From: a virus
Taxonomy: Duplodnaviria > Heunggongvirae > Uroviricota > Caudoviricetes
DNA length: 59,363 nt
Reading direction: 5' to 3' (one strand)
IMG/VR virus record: IMGVR_UViG_3300028048_000083
Span: 1-59,363 of that record
Numbering within the stretch: position 1 is the first letter of the stretch; each line of letters opens with the position of its first letter. A program made the position numbers and the translations under genes. Shown piece after piece: positions 1 through 10,531 of the stretch. A model generated the notes under the pieces. It saw only the letters and a list, made by a program, of their open reading frames with translations, searched no databases and was not told the origin of the DNA.

Positions 1-51
1 CAGGGTTGGACGTGTTATTTTTAATATGTTTAATACTTCTTTTGATTTCAT
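1..51 (-). mobile_element. 5' end of IS607-family TnpA (serine recombinase) gene, truncated by window edge
   Basis: Minus strand reads MKSKEVLNILKITRPTL, resembling the MerR-like HTH N-terminus of IS607 TnpA. Only 17 aa visible. Confidence 0.55.
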
Positions 52-103
52 ACATATATAAATAGTATGTAATATTAAAAAATACTAATTTTTTAAAATA
101 TTT

Positions 104-238
104 TTAATAATTTTCCACATTATATGTTATTTTTCTTGCCTTGGCTGTTATTGTGTGCTTGTACACATGTTTGTACGCACCCCTGGGTTGCTTTTTGACC
201 CCGTTTCTGGCATCGTTGTTTGACTTGCATCCACACAT
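104..238 (-). CDS. small basic protein (44 aa, MCGCKS...)
   Basis: Open frame with a TATTTAT late-type motif upstream; below the ORF-track cutoff. Confidence 0.4.
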   Translation of the reverse strand: MCGCKSNNDARNGVKKQPRGAYKHVYKHTITAKARKITYNVENY

Positions 239-354
239 ATAGTCTCATTTGTTTTAATTACAAATAAATAGTTACATAATCAAAAAATTTTGAAAGAAAA
301 TAATTTTTGTCGAATTAAGGAAAAAATATGTATATTTTGGTTATATGTGTGATT

Positions 355-513
355 ATGGACAAAGAATTAAGAGAATACATATTAAAGGAATTGCGATTTA
401 CCACACATCCAAAGTATTACAAATACCTTGATGAGTTCATCAACAGTATAGATGATTACCACCTGCAGTATTGGAAAGCTTGGAGTGAGGGGAAAATGAG
501 TATTTATTCGTAA
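355..513 (+). CDS. hypothetical protein
   Basis: ORF; ATG at 355 preferred over 328. Confidence 0.6.
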   Translation: MDKELREYILKELRFTTHPKYYKYLDEFINSIDDYHLQYWKAWSEGKMSIYS

Positions 514-531
514 AAAAATATAGCATAATAA

Positions 532-789
532 ATGGAAAACCAAGTTAATCACAACAGCATCGCCATTTATGACCAAAATGGCGAATTCATTGGTATCGAC
601 AATGGACGTGTCCGCAATATCATCGATAGGGCTGTAGAGTATGGTGTCATGAAGCAGGGTGGAATCAAGAATGCTTTGGCTATTGAATTGGGGGCCATCT
701 GGCTTGAGGGCTGGATGATTGGGGCTGAAATGAAGCCAGTTGAACAGGTCGGCAAATTCTTCAACTCTTATATGTCAATTTTCAATTAA
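532..789 (+). CDS. hypothetical protein
   Basis: ORF in tightly packed plus-strand run. Confidence 0.7.
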   Translation: MENQVNHNSIAIYDQNGEFIGIDNGRVRNIIDRAVEYGVMKQGGIKNALAIELGAIWLEGWMIGAEMKPVEQVGKFFNSYMSIFN

Positions 790-800
790 AAAAAAAAACT

Positions 801-1070
801 ATGCGAAACAACAAACCAATAACAGACGCCTACGTTGGCATGAAAGTGAAGGTTGCACTGCCAACCAACTGGTGTCAAGTGAAATCTGATTCTCCCATAC
901 AGTGGCTTAAGGGAAAGGTTATCGAAATACCGATTGACAGAAGAACAGGTGAGCCATGTGACTTTAGTATAATTGTGTCTGTGTGGTCGAAGAAAGTAGG
1001 ACGTATAAGCAGATTGCAGTGTTTTAAAGACGAGGACGGCGTATACTACAAAATAATCAAACAACTGTGA
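801..1070 (+). CDS. hypothetical protein
   Basis: ORF in operon-like run. Confidence 0.7.
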   Translation: MRNNKPITDAYVGMKVKVALPTNWCQVKSDSPIQWLKGKVIEIPIDRRTGEPCDFSIIVSVWSKKVGRISRLQCFKDEDGVYYKIIKQL

Positions 1071-1074
1071 ACAT

Positions 1075-1437
1075 ATGGTACAGGAGATAGATAAAGAATT
1101 AACTGGGAAACTTACTGATGAATGGTGTGACAAAAAAGGCAAATTGTTAGCCATACAAAAAGAGATGAAGGGAATTGAAAGGGAGATGATAGCCCAGTTT
1201 GGTGAATATAAAGTCGGTGATGTTGTTCGGGATACAACTGATGGGAAAAGATATGTAATCAGCAGTGCCAGTGTTAGTTCACATATGCTTGAGATGTACA
1301 ACCAGGTCATGGTTGTATATGAGACCAGAAGGTTTAAAACGGACGGTACATTGTCAAGAAACCATTACAGCATACCTTACGGTCATAAAATCGAGCCTAC
1401 TGGAGAATACTATGAATTGCGAGCAAAACCAGTTTAA
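1075..1437 (+). CDS. hypothetical protein
   Basis: ORF in operon-like run. Confidence 0.75.
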   Translation: MVQEIDKELTGKLTDEWCDKKGKLLAIQKEMKGIEREMIAQFGEYKVGDVVRDTTDGKRYVISSASVSSHMLEMYNQVMVVYETRRFKTDGTLSRNHYSIPYGHKIEPTGEYYELRAKPV

Positions 1438-1458
1438 TTAATGGTGTATTTGTTGATG

Positions 1459-1538
1459 TGACATTTGTCAGTTTTTACCAGTTATGTCATAAATAATCTG
1501 CCAAATTGTCAGTAAATATGGTTTGGTATGGTTTATGC
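1459..1538 (+). promoter_or_regulatory. putative heat-shock operator/promoter of dnaK
   Basis: Inverted repeat TGACATTTGTCA (1459-1470), related CTGCCAAATTGTCAG (1498-1512) and TTGGTATGGTTTATGC. These resemble motifs I recall upstream of Bacteroidota chaperone genes. Confidence 0.45.
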
Positions 1539-1587
1539 ATAATATAATGTCGGAAATAATATTAATTAAATAAACATTAAATAAATC

Positions 1588-1605
1588 ATGAGTAAAGTAA
1601 TGTAA
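1588..1605 (+). pseudogene. duplicated dnaK start (MSKVM*)
   Basis: ATGAGTAAAGTAAT at 1588-1601 is identical to the dnaK start at 2694-2707. Confidence 0.75.
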
Positions 1606-1680
1606 AAGATAATAAAAAGTAGTGTTTGTACCTAATTTTTTAGTTCTTGGTACTATTTATAGTAAAAGGATTAAATTATT

Positions 1681-2691
1681 ATGAGTACAAAGAAAAAAAC
1701 TACAGAACAATTTATTAACGAAGCAAAACAAATTCATGGTGATAAGTATGACTATTCAAAAGTAGAATACGTAAACAATCTTACTAAAGTTTGTATAATA
1801 TGTCCAGAACATGGTGAATTCTGGCAGGTACCGAAACAACATTTAAGAGGCCAAGGATGTCCAAAATGCGGGTTATATAAAAATAAGAAACATGATGAGT
1901 TTAACGTTAGACCTAGGGGTAAAAAATATACACAAGAAGAGTTCATTAATAAATTAAAAGAAATATATGGCGACCAATATGATTATTCGAAAGTTGAATA
2001 CGTTAACATACATAGTAAAATAACTTTAATATGTAAAAAACACGGAGAGTTTGTAAAAACTGCTACTGATTTATTAAGCGCAAAAACAGGATGCTCCAAA
2101 TGTAATCTTGAAAGAAATGCGAATAAATGTAGGTTAGGTAAAGAGAAATTTATACAAAAGGCAAACGAAATTTTCCATGATTTGTATGATTATGATAGAG
2201 TAGAATATATAAATAATGCAACAAAAGTAGAGATTGGATGTAGAAAACATGGGTATTTTTTATGTACGCCGCAAAATCATTTGCACGGAAGAGGGTGCCC
2301 AATCTGTAAATCAGAGAATTTTGTATATGAAGATAGATTGTATAACTTTTTAAAGACAATATTTCATGAAGAAGATATAATAAGACAATATAGAAGTGAA
2401 TGGCTCACTAACAACAAATCATTAGATTTTTTAATACCAAAATATAATTTGTGTATAGAACATCAAGGAAGTCAGCACTATTATTTAACAAGATATGAGA
2501 ATGATAATACAAACAAACTTAAAAAAAGAATACAAAATGACGTAGATAAATATAATGAGTGCATTTCTAATGGTATAAGAATTCTATATTTTACATATGA
2601 ATTAAAGAAAATACCACACAATTGTTTTCATGAACTAATTTTAGACGAAAAAATATTAAAAGAAAAAATAATAAATTTAATACATAACTAA
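1681..2691 (+). CDS. free-standing homing-type endonuclease (repeated Zn-ribbon/DUF723-like units + C-terminal PD-(D/E)XK/Vsr-like domain)
   Basis: Three YDYSKVEY...CxxHG...GCxxC repeats; C-terminal LDFLIP...IEHQGSQHY; AT-rich; late motif upstream. Confidence 0.8.
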   Translation: MSTKKKTTEQFINEAKQIHGDKYDYSKVEYVNNLTKVCIICPEHGEFWQVPKQHLRGQGCPKCGLYKNKKHDEFNVRPRGKKYTQEEFINKLKEIYGDQYDYSKVEYVNIHSKITLICKKHGEFVKTATDLLSAKTGCSKCNLERNANKCRLGKEKFIQKANEIFHDLYDYDRVEYINNATKVEIGCRKHGYFLCTPQNHLHGRGCPICKSENFVYEDRLYNFLKTIFHEEDIIRQYRSEWLTNNKSLDFLIPKYNLCIEHQGSQHYYLTRYENDNTNKLKKRIQNDVDKYNECISNGIRILYFTYELKKIPHNCFHELILDEKILKEKIINLIHN

Positions 2692-2693
2692 TT

Positions 2694-3278
2694 ATGAGTA
2701 AAGTAATTGGAATAGACCTTGGCACTACGTTTTCGTGCGTAGCGGTAATTGAGGGTAATGAACCCATTGTTGTAACCAATAGTGAAGGACGCAGAACCAC
2801 CCCGTCGGTTGTGGGTTTTACAGCCGATGGTGAGAGAAAGGTCGGCGACCCTGCGAAACGCCAGCAGGTGACCAATCCACAGAACACGGTATACAGCATC
2901 AAGCGTTTTATAGGTGAAACCTATGACAAGGTTGCGAATGATGTCAAGAACATGTCTTATAAGGTTGTTAAAGGCGCCAACAATTCGCCTTGCGTGGATA
3001 TCAACGGTCGCCAGTACCTGCCCCAGGAAATTTCGGCAATCGTTCTTCAGAAAATGAAGAAAACGGCTGAAGACTATCTTGGTGAGGAGGTAAAGGATGC
3101 TGTTATCACGGTTCCTGCCTACTTCAACGACAGCCAGCGTCAGGCAACCAAGGAGGCTGGTGAGATTGCGGGTCTCAACGTGCTGCGTGTTGTCAATGAG
3201 CCAACTGCTGCGGCTTTGGCTTACGGACTGGATAAGGAGAGCAAGGATATGAATGTTGCTGTATTTGACCTCGGTGGT
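2694..3278 (+). CDS. dnaK: DnaK exon 1
   Basis: [12 protein letters not shown]...[12 protein letters not shown]...FDLGG; 585 nt, in frame. Confidence 0.97.
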
Positions 3279-4727
3279 AAACAATGTACTGCCTCCGCGC
3301 TTGCTGCTTAAGTAAGTGAAAAATTAAAATCGGGTTAATTGCGGAAAAATCCACGGTGATAATCCGAAAAGAGAGTCTTAGGTACCGCACATAATGGTGA
3401 CATATATGGTAGCACGTAGCTTAATTACTACGGGATGGTAAAAAGCCTAAGAATTGGATAACCGAAATAAGCGCAGCCAAGCGTCTTAGAAATAAGATGA
3501 AGGTTCAACGACTAGAGAAAGTATTCTGACCGATAAAGACGAAGAAAAAATCTCCACGAATGCCCGATAAGTGGTGCAACTTTTGATGTTTTGTGATATT
3601 TATTTATATAAATAATATCACAAAATGTTGGAAGGATTAGAAAAAAGAGTTCTTAGAATTATTGATGAAAATGGTAACAATATTCAATATGAATGTTGTG
3701 AAATAAAACCATACAAACACAAATATTCATCAGCCGATAAAGAGAATCCAACTTTATTTGTAGATGGTGTTCCAATAACAGGAAAGAGGAAAACAAGTAA
3801 ATATAAAGTTGAATTTATTTGTGAATGTGGAAATACGAGTACAACTGTTTTATACAAGTTTTTGAATAAAACAAAAATGACTTGTATCCACTGTCGAGAG
3901 AATGAAGAAAAAACTGAATGGCATAAAGAGTTATTTAGACTTAAACGACTTGGAATTGTTAGGGGTAATAAAGAAAAGCCAAAACAAGTGAAAATTTTTG
4001 AAAATGAAAGTCCTGAGTTTAAAGAAAACTATTTTAGAAGAAACCTAACGTTAGAAGAATTTAATAAAGTAAAAAAACACATATATTCTATTGACGGGGT
4101 TTTGCTAAAAGATAAAAATGTTGAACTAATTGTGGCAGACAGTTGTAATAATGGAAAACGATATTCACAATCAGTAATAATCGATGGTGTAAAACATAAG
4201 TTGACAGATGTTTGTTTAAAATGTCCATTGTGTGGTCAAATATTTCATATAACTAGACAATTAAAAGAAAGAGTTATTTCAAATAATTTTGATTGTAAAG
4301 AATGTTATTTAGTAAATAACACATTTAAGATGTGCAAATATTCAGATTCACTAACATATCAAAGTAAACTCGAACTAACCTTCATTGAAATGTGCAAAGC
4401 TAATGGGATTGAGATTACAAATGGAGATAAAATAGAATATGTGTTTGATGGTAAAAAACATAAATATTCAATAGATTTTTATCTACCACAAAAACGTATG
4501 CAAGTCGAAATAAAAGGTGACCATGTTTGGCATAAAAACCAAATTAAAAGTGGTAAATGGAAAGCTAAAGAAACAGCGGCGATTGAATATTGCAAATCAA
4601 AAAGCCAAAAGTTTGTATTACTGTTTTCAAATAATTTTAATGAATTTTTTAACCACGAAAGAGATAGCCTGGCCATTGGTGAGAACCAATGAAGTTAAGA
4701 TAAAGAGCTTAACGATAACAACGAATG
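3279..4727 (+). mobile_element. group I intron in dnaK (1449 nt)
   Basis: Removal restores DLGG|GTFD. Exon ends in U, intron ends in G. P1 (CGGUGGU with GCCUCCG 3291-3297) has the U.G wobble; 8-bp P10 (3283-3290 with exon 2). P/Q/R/S-like cores: AATTGCGGAAAA, AAGCGCAGCC, GTTCAACGACTA, GAGATAGCCT. Confidence 0.93.
3625..4692 (+). CDS. intron-encoded endonuclease (Zn-ribbons + C-terminal PD-(D/E)XK-type domain)
   Basis: Lies between R and S; CxxC motifs; YQSKLE...IDFYLP...VEIKG; 3' end overlaps the S element. Confidence 0.8.
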   Translation: MLEGLEKRVLRIIDENGNNIQYECCEIKPYKHKYSSADKENPTLFVDGVPITGKRKTSKYKVEFICECGNTSTTVLYKFLNKTKMTCIHCRENEEKTEWHKELFRLKRLGIVRGNKEKPKQVKIFENESPEFKENYFRRNLTLEEFNKVKKHIYSIDGVLLKDKNVELIVADSCNNGKRYSQSVIIDGVKHKLTDVCLKCPLCGQIFHITRQLKERVISNNFDCKECYLVNNTFKMCKYSDSLTYQSKLELTFIEMCKANGIEITNGDKIEYVFDGKKHKYSIDFYLPQKRMQVEIKGDHVWHKNQIKSGKWKAKETAAIEYCKSKSQKFVLLFSNNFNEFFNHERDSLAIGENQ

Positions 4728-6020
4728 GGTACATTCGACATTTCAATCCTTAACCTTGGTGACGGTGTGTTTGAGGTTAAGAGCACAAACGGTAACACGC
4801 ACCTGGGTGGTGATGACTTTGACCAGAAGATTATCGACTGGCTGGCTGAGGAATTCAAGAGTGAAAAATCAATAGACCTTCGAAAAGACCCTATTGCATT
4901 GCAGCGTTTGAAAGAGGCGGCTGAAAAGGCTAAATGTGAGTTGTCCTCTTCAACTCAGACTGAGATTAATTTGCCGTATATTACGATTTCGGATGGCGTT
5001 CCTCAGCATTTGGTGAAAACTTTAACCCGCGCCAAATTCGAGCAGCTTTGCGACAGCCTTATTCAGGCAACCCTTGAACCATGCCGTCAGGCAATGAAGG
5101 ATGCTGGCATGACCAACAGTGACATTGACGAAGTCATACTTGTGGGCGGTTCGACTCGTATACCTGCTGTTCAGGCTGCTGTTGAGAATTTCTTCGGAAA
5201 GAAACCGTCAAAGAACGTGAATCCTGACGAAGTGGTGGCTGTAGGTGCTGCTATCCAGGGTGGTGTCTTGAGTGGTGATGTAAAAGATGTACTGTTGCTT
5301 GATGTCACTCCGTTGAATCTTGGCATGGAGACGCTTGGTGGTGTGATGACAACAATGATTGAAGCCAATACCACAATACCTTTCAAGTTTACCCAGACAT
5401 TTACCACGGCAACCGATAACCAGACGGCGGTGACAATCCACGTACTGCAGGGATGCCGTCCAATGGCAAGGGACAACAAGACAATCGGTGTTTTCAACCT
5501 TGAAGGCATTATGCCAGCGAAGAAGGGTGTGCCACAGATAGATGTAACATTTGATATTGACGCCAACGGTATCCTTTCGGTGTCAGCCAAAGACAAAGCC
5601 ACAAATAAGGAACAGAATATCCGAATCGAAGCCAGTACCAAACTTTCCGACGAGGAAATCGCCAGAATGAAGGCTGAAGCTGATGCCCATGCCGATGAAG
5701 ACAAAAAGGCAAAGGAGGAACTTGAGAAAGCAAACAAATGCGAAAGCTTGATTTACAGTATTGAGCAGATGGTTGAAAACCTTAAGGACAATCCAAATTT
5801 AACTGAAGAGGATAAGACATTTTTCAATGAGAAACTTGAGAAACTCAACTCAATGAAAGATGCCAAGAATTTCGATGAGTTCGACACAATCGAAAAGGAC
5901 GTTCAGGTGCGTATGTTCGCTATCAGCGCAAAGGCTTATGGACAGGGTCAGCCTGGTTCGGCTAGCAATCCTTTCGGATTTGACATGAACAATATGGGCG
6001 GTTTTACCCAGGAACAGTAA
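4728..6020 (+). CDS. dnaK: DnaK exon 2
   Basis: GTFDISIL...[11 protein letters not shown]...[14 protein letters not shown]...substrate-binding domain. Confidence 0.97.
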   Translation, partial: GTFDISILNLGDGVFEVKSTNGNTHLGGDDFDQKIIDWLAEEFKSEKSIDLRKDPIALQRLKEAAEKAKCELSSSTQTEINLPYITISDGVPQHLVKTLTRAKFEQLCDSLIQATLEPCRQAMKDAGMTNSDIDEVILVGGSTRIPAVQAAVENFFGKKPSKNVNPDEVVAVGAAIQGGVLSGDVKDVLLLDVTPLNLGMETLGGVMTTMIEANTTIPFKFTQTFTTATDNQTAVTIHVLQGCRPMARDNKTIGVFNLEGIMPAKKGVPQIDVTFDIDANGILSVSAKDKATNKEQNIRIEASTKLSDEEIARMKAEADAHADEDKKAKEELEKANKCESLIYSIEQMVENLKDNPNLTEEDKTFFNEKLEKLNSMKDAKNFDEFDTIEKDVQVRMFAISAKAYGQGQPGSASNPFGFDMNNMGGFTQEQ

Positions 6021-6027
6021 TATTGAG

Positions 6028-6058
6028 GTGTGCCCACATTCAAGTGGGCACATTTTTT
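6028..6058 (+). terminator. intrinsic terminator
   Basis: GTGTGCCCAC/GTGGGCACAT hairpin followed by T-run. Confidence 0.8.
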
Positions 6059-6125
6059 CTGTTTTTGATGAAAAAACGGGCATTTTCGGTTATAATCTGT
6101 GGAAATGAATAAAGAATAAGACATA

Positions 6126-7253
6126 ATGACAAATAAAAATTTATACTCAGTTTTGGGTTTACAGTCTGGTGCTTCAATTGATGAAGTGAAACGGGCCTTC
6201 AAGAAATTGGCTATATTATACCATCCAGATAAACAACGAAATAAATCTGAAGCTGAAAAAAAGGAAGCAGAAGAAAAATTCAAGGAGATTAACGAGGCAT
6301 ATTCCGTTTTGTCCGACCCCAAGAAAAAGCAGGATTATGACGCGTTTGGCTCAGTTGGTGGCGGTGGAATGAATATGGGTGATAATTTTGCTGATATGGC
6401 TGATTTTATCCGTAATATGCATTCAGCTGGTGGGTTCGCCAGTTCGTTTGGTGGTGGGTTTAACCCGTTCGGTGGCGGTTTTGACGATGATTTTGATGTT
6501 CGTCCGTCCCAGGTCAACGGTGCAGACGTTAAAATTAAACTGGATTGCACTTTAGAGGACATATATAACCAAATATCCAAGACAATACAGTATACACGTA
6601 AGGTAAAATGTCCTGATTGTAACGGTAGTGGGAGTAAAAGCGGTGAAAAGGTGGCATGCCCGTACTGCAATGGCACTGGCACACAAGTCACCACCCAACA
6701 TATGTTGAATGGTTTCATACAGAGTCGGCAGGTTTGTACACATTGCCATGGAACTGGTGTATCAGTGAAAGACCCGTGCCGTAAATGCCATGGAACTGGA
6801 TTGGTGGAGGATAAAGACACACTAAAATTTACCATACCAATTGATGCGCGTATCGGCACGACAATGATTATACCTGGTATGGGACATATGGCACCAAACA
6901 ATATGGGTGAGCCTGGCAATATGCATGTACATTTTAATGTATTACCGCACTCGGTATATACTTTGGCTGAAAACAATATTGACCTTGAATGCCATGTTAA
7001 GGTTGGTGTTCTCGATTGTATCACTGGATGTAATGTGACTGTTAGAACTATTAAGGGTACCGATGTAAAGGTTGAGATACCTGTTGGAACCAAGGATAAA
7101 CAGAAACTTGTTGTAAGTGGTTATGGTATGCCTGTGGGAAATGGTCGTTTCGGAAACATGGTTGTCATTATTGACCAGGTAATGCCACGTAAACTTAACA
7201 GCGATGAAACTGAGAAACTTAATGAATTGAAACATTCCAAAAACTTCAAATAA
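6126..7253 (+). CDS. dnaJ: chaperone DnaJ
   Basis: J-domain with HPD, G/F-rich region, four CxxCxGxG repeats, C-terminal domain. Confidence 0.97.
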   Translation: MTNKNLYSVLGLQSGASIDEVKRAFKKLAILYHPDKQRNKSEAEKKEAEEKFKEINEAYSVLSDPKKKQDYDAFGSVGGGGMNMGDNFADMADFIRNMHSAGGFASSFGGGFNPFGGGFDDDFDVRPSQVNGADVKIKLDCTLEDIYNQISKTIQYTRKVKCPDCNGSGSKSGEKVACPYCNGTGTQVTTQHMLNGFIQSRQVCTHCHGTGVSVKDPCRKCHGTGLVEDKDTLKFTIPIDARIGTTMIIPGMGHMAPNNMGEPGNMHVHFNVLPHSVYTLAENNIDLECHVKVGVLDCITGCNVTVRTIKGTDVKVEIPVGTKDKQKLVVSGYGMPVGNGRFGNMVVIIDQVMPRKLNSDETEKLNELKHSKNFK

Positions 7254-7537
7254 TGGCAAATAAAATAAAAAAGATTAAAGAGGAACTGCTTGGTCAGTAT
7301 TTGGAAACCACCTGGGTTAAGAATACACGTGAATATACTTCCGTGTGTCTTAAAGATTATGACCGAATGTCCATCAATGCTAGTATGACCAAAGCTTTCG
7401 AGCGTGGTTTTGGGAATTGTGAAGCTGTTTATGAGGAAGCCATTAGAAAATGGGCAAAGAAAAACAATCTGAATGCTGCGACTACATTGTTTCAAATTAA
7501 ACAGGAATTTAATGACGAAAAACTTAAATTGAAATAA
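7253..7537 (+). CDS. hypothetical protein
   Basis: TAATG stop/start overlap with dnaJ. Confidence 0.75.
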   Translation: MANKIKKIKEELLGQYLETTWVKNTREYTSVCLKDYDRMSINASMTKAFERGFGNCEAVYEEAIRKWAKKNNLNAATTLFQIKQEFNDEKLKLK

Positions 7538-7538
7538 T

Positions 7539-8009
7539 ATGGCAACATCTTGTGGAATTATACCATTTAGAATAAATGATAATGGTCAATATGAGTTTTT
7601 TGTAGGTCATCCTGGCGGCTACTACAATGCTAATAAAGACTATTGGGCATTATTGAAAGGCGGTTGTGAAAATGAGGATGATTCGTTGGAAGAAACGGCT
7701 ATTCGGGAGTTTCAGGAGGAATCATCGTATATGTTGACCGATGAGGATAAGAAACATCTTGTGTATGTCGGTTCAGTGAAACAAAATCCACGTAAGACGG
7801 TTCACGCGTTTGCATTGCCTATTGACAATATAGATTGTGAAAAGTGTCATTCGAATCTTTGTCCTGACGGGGTTACGCCAGAAATTGACAAATACCGTTG
7901 GATGACTTGGGATGAGCTGTTGAAAAAGACACACCGCACACATCGTCTTTTTTACGACAAAATTATACAGGCTGGAAATAGTTTAAGTGTTGATATTTAT
8001 AGTTTATGA
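7539..8009 (+). CDS. Nudix hydrolase
   Basis: Nudix box KGG-E...ETAIREFQEES. Confidence 0.88.
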   Translation: MATSCGIIPFRINDNGQYEFFVGHPGGYYNANKDYWALLKGGCENEDDSLEETAIREFQEESSYMLTDEDKKHLVYVGSVKQNPRKTVHAFALPIDNIDCEKCHSNLCPDGVTPEIDKYRWMTWDELLKKTHRTHRLFYDKIIQAGNSLSVDIYSL

Positions 8010-8200
8010 CAAAAGAAGATATAGAACAAATGCGCAAAGTGGCTCCAGACGTGGTTGAAAGGTTGGAACGCGGAGAGACCATCAAAGCGTCAAATTGTCT
8101 AAAATTTTTCCATCAGTTTCAACAGTTGAGTAAAGACGACCAGTTAAAGCTGGCTAATATGATTGCAGATTATTTAGAAAAACAGCATTATGAACAATAA
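8006..8200 (+). CDS. hypothetical protein
   Basis: Overlapping ORF in operon. Confidence 0.65.
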   Translation: MTKEDIEQMRKVAPDVVERLERGETIKASNCLKFFHQFQQLSKDDQLKLANMIADYLEKQHYEQ

Positions 8201-8654
8201 GCCTAAAGCATATTTGATGGTTGGCATCCCAGGTTCAGGAAAGTCGACTTGGATTAAGAACAATTTGCCTTCCGATATTCCAATTATATCTCGTGATATC
8301 ATACGTCACAAACTGGGCTTTACCGATAGTGTGGAACATAAAGCCGTTTTATCCAAGGATAAAGAAGATACCGTTACTGAATACGAAAACGGGTTGATTC
8401 ATAGGTATCTTTCCATGGGGCTTGATATAGTGATTGACGATATCAATACTGGCAAATACCGTAAAAAGATGATACAGTTTCTCCGTGACAACGGTGCCGA
8501 GGTTATCGGTGTCAGAATGAATACAGTACTGGAAACGTGTATCAAAAGGCGTGAAGGTCAGATTTCATCTGAAGTTATGTCAAACATCAGCAGTAAACTA
8601 ATCCCGCTTGCCGATGATGAGGTTGATAGTGTTATAGATGCAGTTGGTGAATGA
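8190..8654 (+). CDS. P-loop kinase (AAA_33/polynucleotide-kinase-like)
   Basis: MVGIPGSGKST Walker A; ISRDIIR; VIDDIN; CIKRR lid. Confidence 0.85.
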   Translation: MNNKPKAYLMVGIPGSGKSTWIKNNLPSDIPIISRDIIRHKLGFTDSVEHKAVLSKDKEDTVTEYENGLIHRYLSMGLDIVIDDINTGKYRKKMIQFLRDNGAEVIGVRMNTVLETCIKRREGQISSEVMSNISSKLIPLADDEVDSVIDAVGE

Positions 8655-8655
8655 T

Positions 8656-9231
8656 ATGAATATTGTTAGCGGAACAGACTTGATATGGGATACCGACAAA
8701 TTTGATGTGATACTTGTCGGTACCAGTATCTATAACCTGTTGACACAGGGGTTTCAATCCAAGATGAGTTTAAAATACCCCTACATAGTGGAACCAAACA
8801 ATTCAACCCCTTATGCCGACAAACGCAAATACGGCAAACGTTTGACGATAGAAGGTACACCTGTCATCAGTCTGATGTATATTTGCGGCTATCCGCATTC
8901 GAAACGCGATTATCTGAACTATGAGGCGTTGGAACATTGCTTGGCTACAGCCAATTCAGAATTCAAGGGTAAGAAAGTGGCGACGACGGTTCTCGGCAGT
9001 TCGCTGTTTGACGGTAACGGCGATAAACAAAAATGCCTGGATATTATAGAGTCGACAACCAAAGACCTTGATTTGACTGTATATGATTTTCCCCAATATA
9101 ATAGGAGAAAAGAGATTGCGATGGTGTGCAGTAAATGGAACGAATACGCAAAGAGAGGCGAGTGGAAAAAATGGAGGGAACTAAAAAACCATAAAGATGA
9201 AATTATTGCTAAATTATATTTAAAACACTGA
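8656..9231 (+). CDS. macrodomain-like protein
   Basis: GTDLI..., VGTSIYNLLTQGF, G-x-LFDG loops resemble a Poa1p/DarG-type macro fold. Confidence 0.55.
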   Translation: MNIVSGTDLIWDTDKFDVILVGTSIYNLLTQGFQSKMSLKYPYIVEPNNSTPYADKRKYGKRLTIEGTPVISLMYICGYPHSKRDYLNYEALEHCLATANSEFKGKKVATTVLGSSLFDGNGDKQKCLDIIESTTKDLDLTVYDFPQYNRRKEIAMVCSKWNEYAKRGEWKKWRELKNHKDEIIAKLYLKH

Positions 9232-9968
9232 TGTTAGAGCTTAATAGAATATACAATGAAGACTGCCTAAGCGGTATGAAGAAAATCGACAGCAAATCGG
9301 TCGATTGCATCATTTGTGATTTACCGTATGGCTGCACCAACAATTCATCCGATGTCATAATACCGTTTGAACCGTTATGGGAACAGTATGAAAGGGTTAT
9401 AAAGGACAATGGTGCAATCATACTTTTCGCTCAAGGCATGTTCACAGCCAAACTTATGTTCTCCAACCCTAAGTTGTGGCGTTACAACCTTATATGGAAA
9501 AAGGGTGACAGGACAAGCGGTTTTCTGAACGCGAAAAGGATGCCATTGCGCAACCATGAGGACATATGCGTCTTTTACAAAAAACAGCCAACATATAACC
9601 CGCAAATGCGCCAAGGAAAACCGTTGCATTCAAAAGGCAAAGGTGTGCATAAGTTCACGAACCGAAATTACGGCAATTTCAATGAGACTGATGATTCAAG
9701 GGCGGGATGTACTGAAAAATATCCTATTTCAATTCTGAATTTCGATAGACCGCATCCGCCGCTTCATCCGACACAGAAGCCAGTTGACCTGGTGAAATGG
9801 TTGGTCAAGACCTACACGAATGAAGGCGAGTTGGTTTTGGACAACTGCATAGGTGTTGGCACGACGGCAATTGCCTGCAAATTGACGGGCAGAAACTATA
9901 TAGGGTTTGAAATTAACCAGGAATATATAGATTTGGCGAATAACAGATTAAACAAATGTAATGGGTAA
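9231..9968 (+). CDS. DNA methyltransferase (N6A/N4C, beta class)
   Basis: DLPY catalytic motif, HPTQKP, LVLDNCIGVGTT, IGFEI. Confidence 0.93.
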   Translation: MLELNRIYNEDCLSGMKKIDSKSVDCIICDLPYGCTNNSSDVIIPFEPLWEQYERVIKDNGAIILFAQGMFTAKLMFSNPKLWRYNLIWKKGDRTSGFLNAKRMPLRNHEDICVFYKKQPTYNPQMRQGKPLHSKGKGVHKFTNRNYGNFNETDDSRAGCTEKYPISILNFDRPHPPLHPTQKPVDLVKWLVKTYTNEGELVLDNCIGVGTTAIACKLTGRNYIGFEINQEYIDLANNRLNKCNG

Positions 9969-10530
9969 CAAATTCAAATCAAAAAAGGACGAATTTCCGC
10001 AACCAAGAATTAATGGTGAACTTCGGGGTAACTACAATGTCAGAGTTGTATATCCTAAGGATTGTGGTGAAAACAATGTGTATAGTGAGAGGGAATATGA
10101 GAATAAGGTGATGAGTTTGGTGGAAGCAAAACGTTTATCCGACCAACTTAATCTGGATTTAATTGAAATAAACCCGAACCAGAATCCACCTATATTGAGG
10201 ATAGACGATTATGGCAAATGGCTTTACAATGAAAAGAAAAAACGTAAAGAAAATAAACAAACCAAAACCGAACTGAAAGAGATACAGTTATCAACCAATA
10301 TAGGCAAGCATGACCTTGAAATCAAGGTGAACAAAGCCAGGGAGTTTATACTTGGCGGTGATAAGGTAAAGGTTGTGCTGACAATGAGGAACAGGGAACT
10401 TAGTAGGCGTGAAGAATCAAAGAAATGCCTGTATGAATTTATTGTCATGATGGAAGACGTTGCAACGCCTGAGAGTATGCCTAAAGATGAAGGTACCAAG
10501 GCTATTGTGATACTTAAAAAGAAAAAGTGA
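9961..10530 (+). CDS. infC: translation initiation factor IF-3
   Basis: RINGEL, LDLIEI...PPILRIDDYGKWLY, KEIQL...HDLEIK, DKVKV. Confidence 0.92.
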   Translation: MGNKFKSKKDEFPQPRINGELRGNYNVRVVYPKDCGENNVYSEREYENKVMSLVEAKRLSDQLNLDLIEINPNQNPPILRIDDYGKWLYNEKKKRKENKQTKTELKEIQLSTNIGKHDLEIKVNKAREFILGGDKVKVVLTMRNRELSRREESKKCLYEFIVMMEDVATPESMPKDEGTKAIVILKKKK

Positions 10531-10531
10531 T

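Noticed and set aside
2688-7093. Long minus-strand ORFs (2688-3284, 5171-5737, 6335-7093)
   Set aside because: Antisense shadows of conserved dnaK/dnaJ coding sequence; no independent signals.
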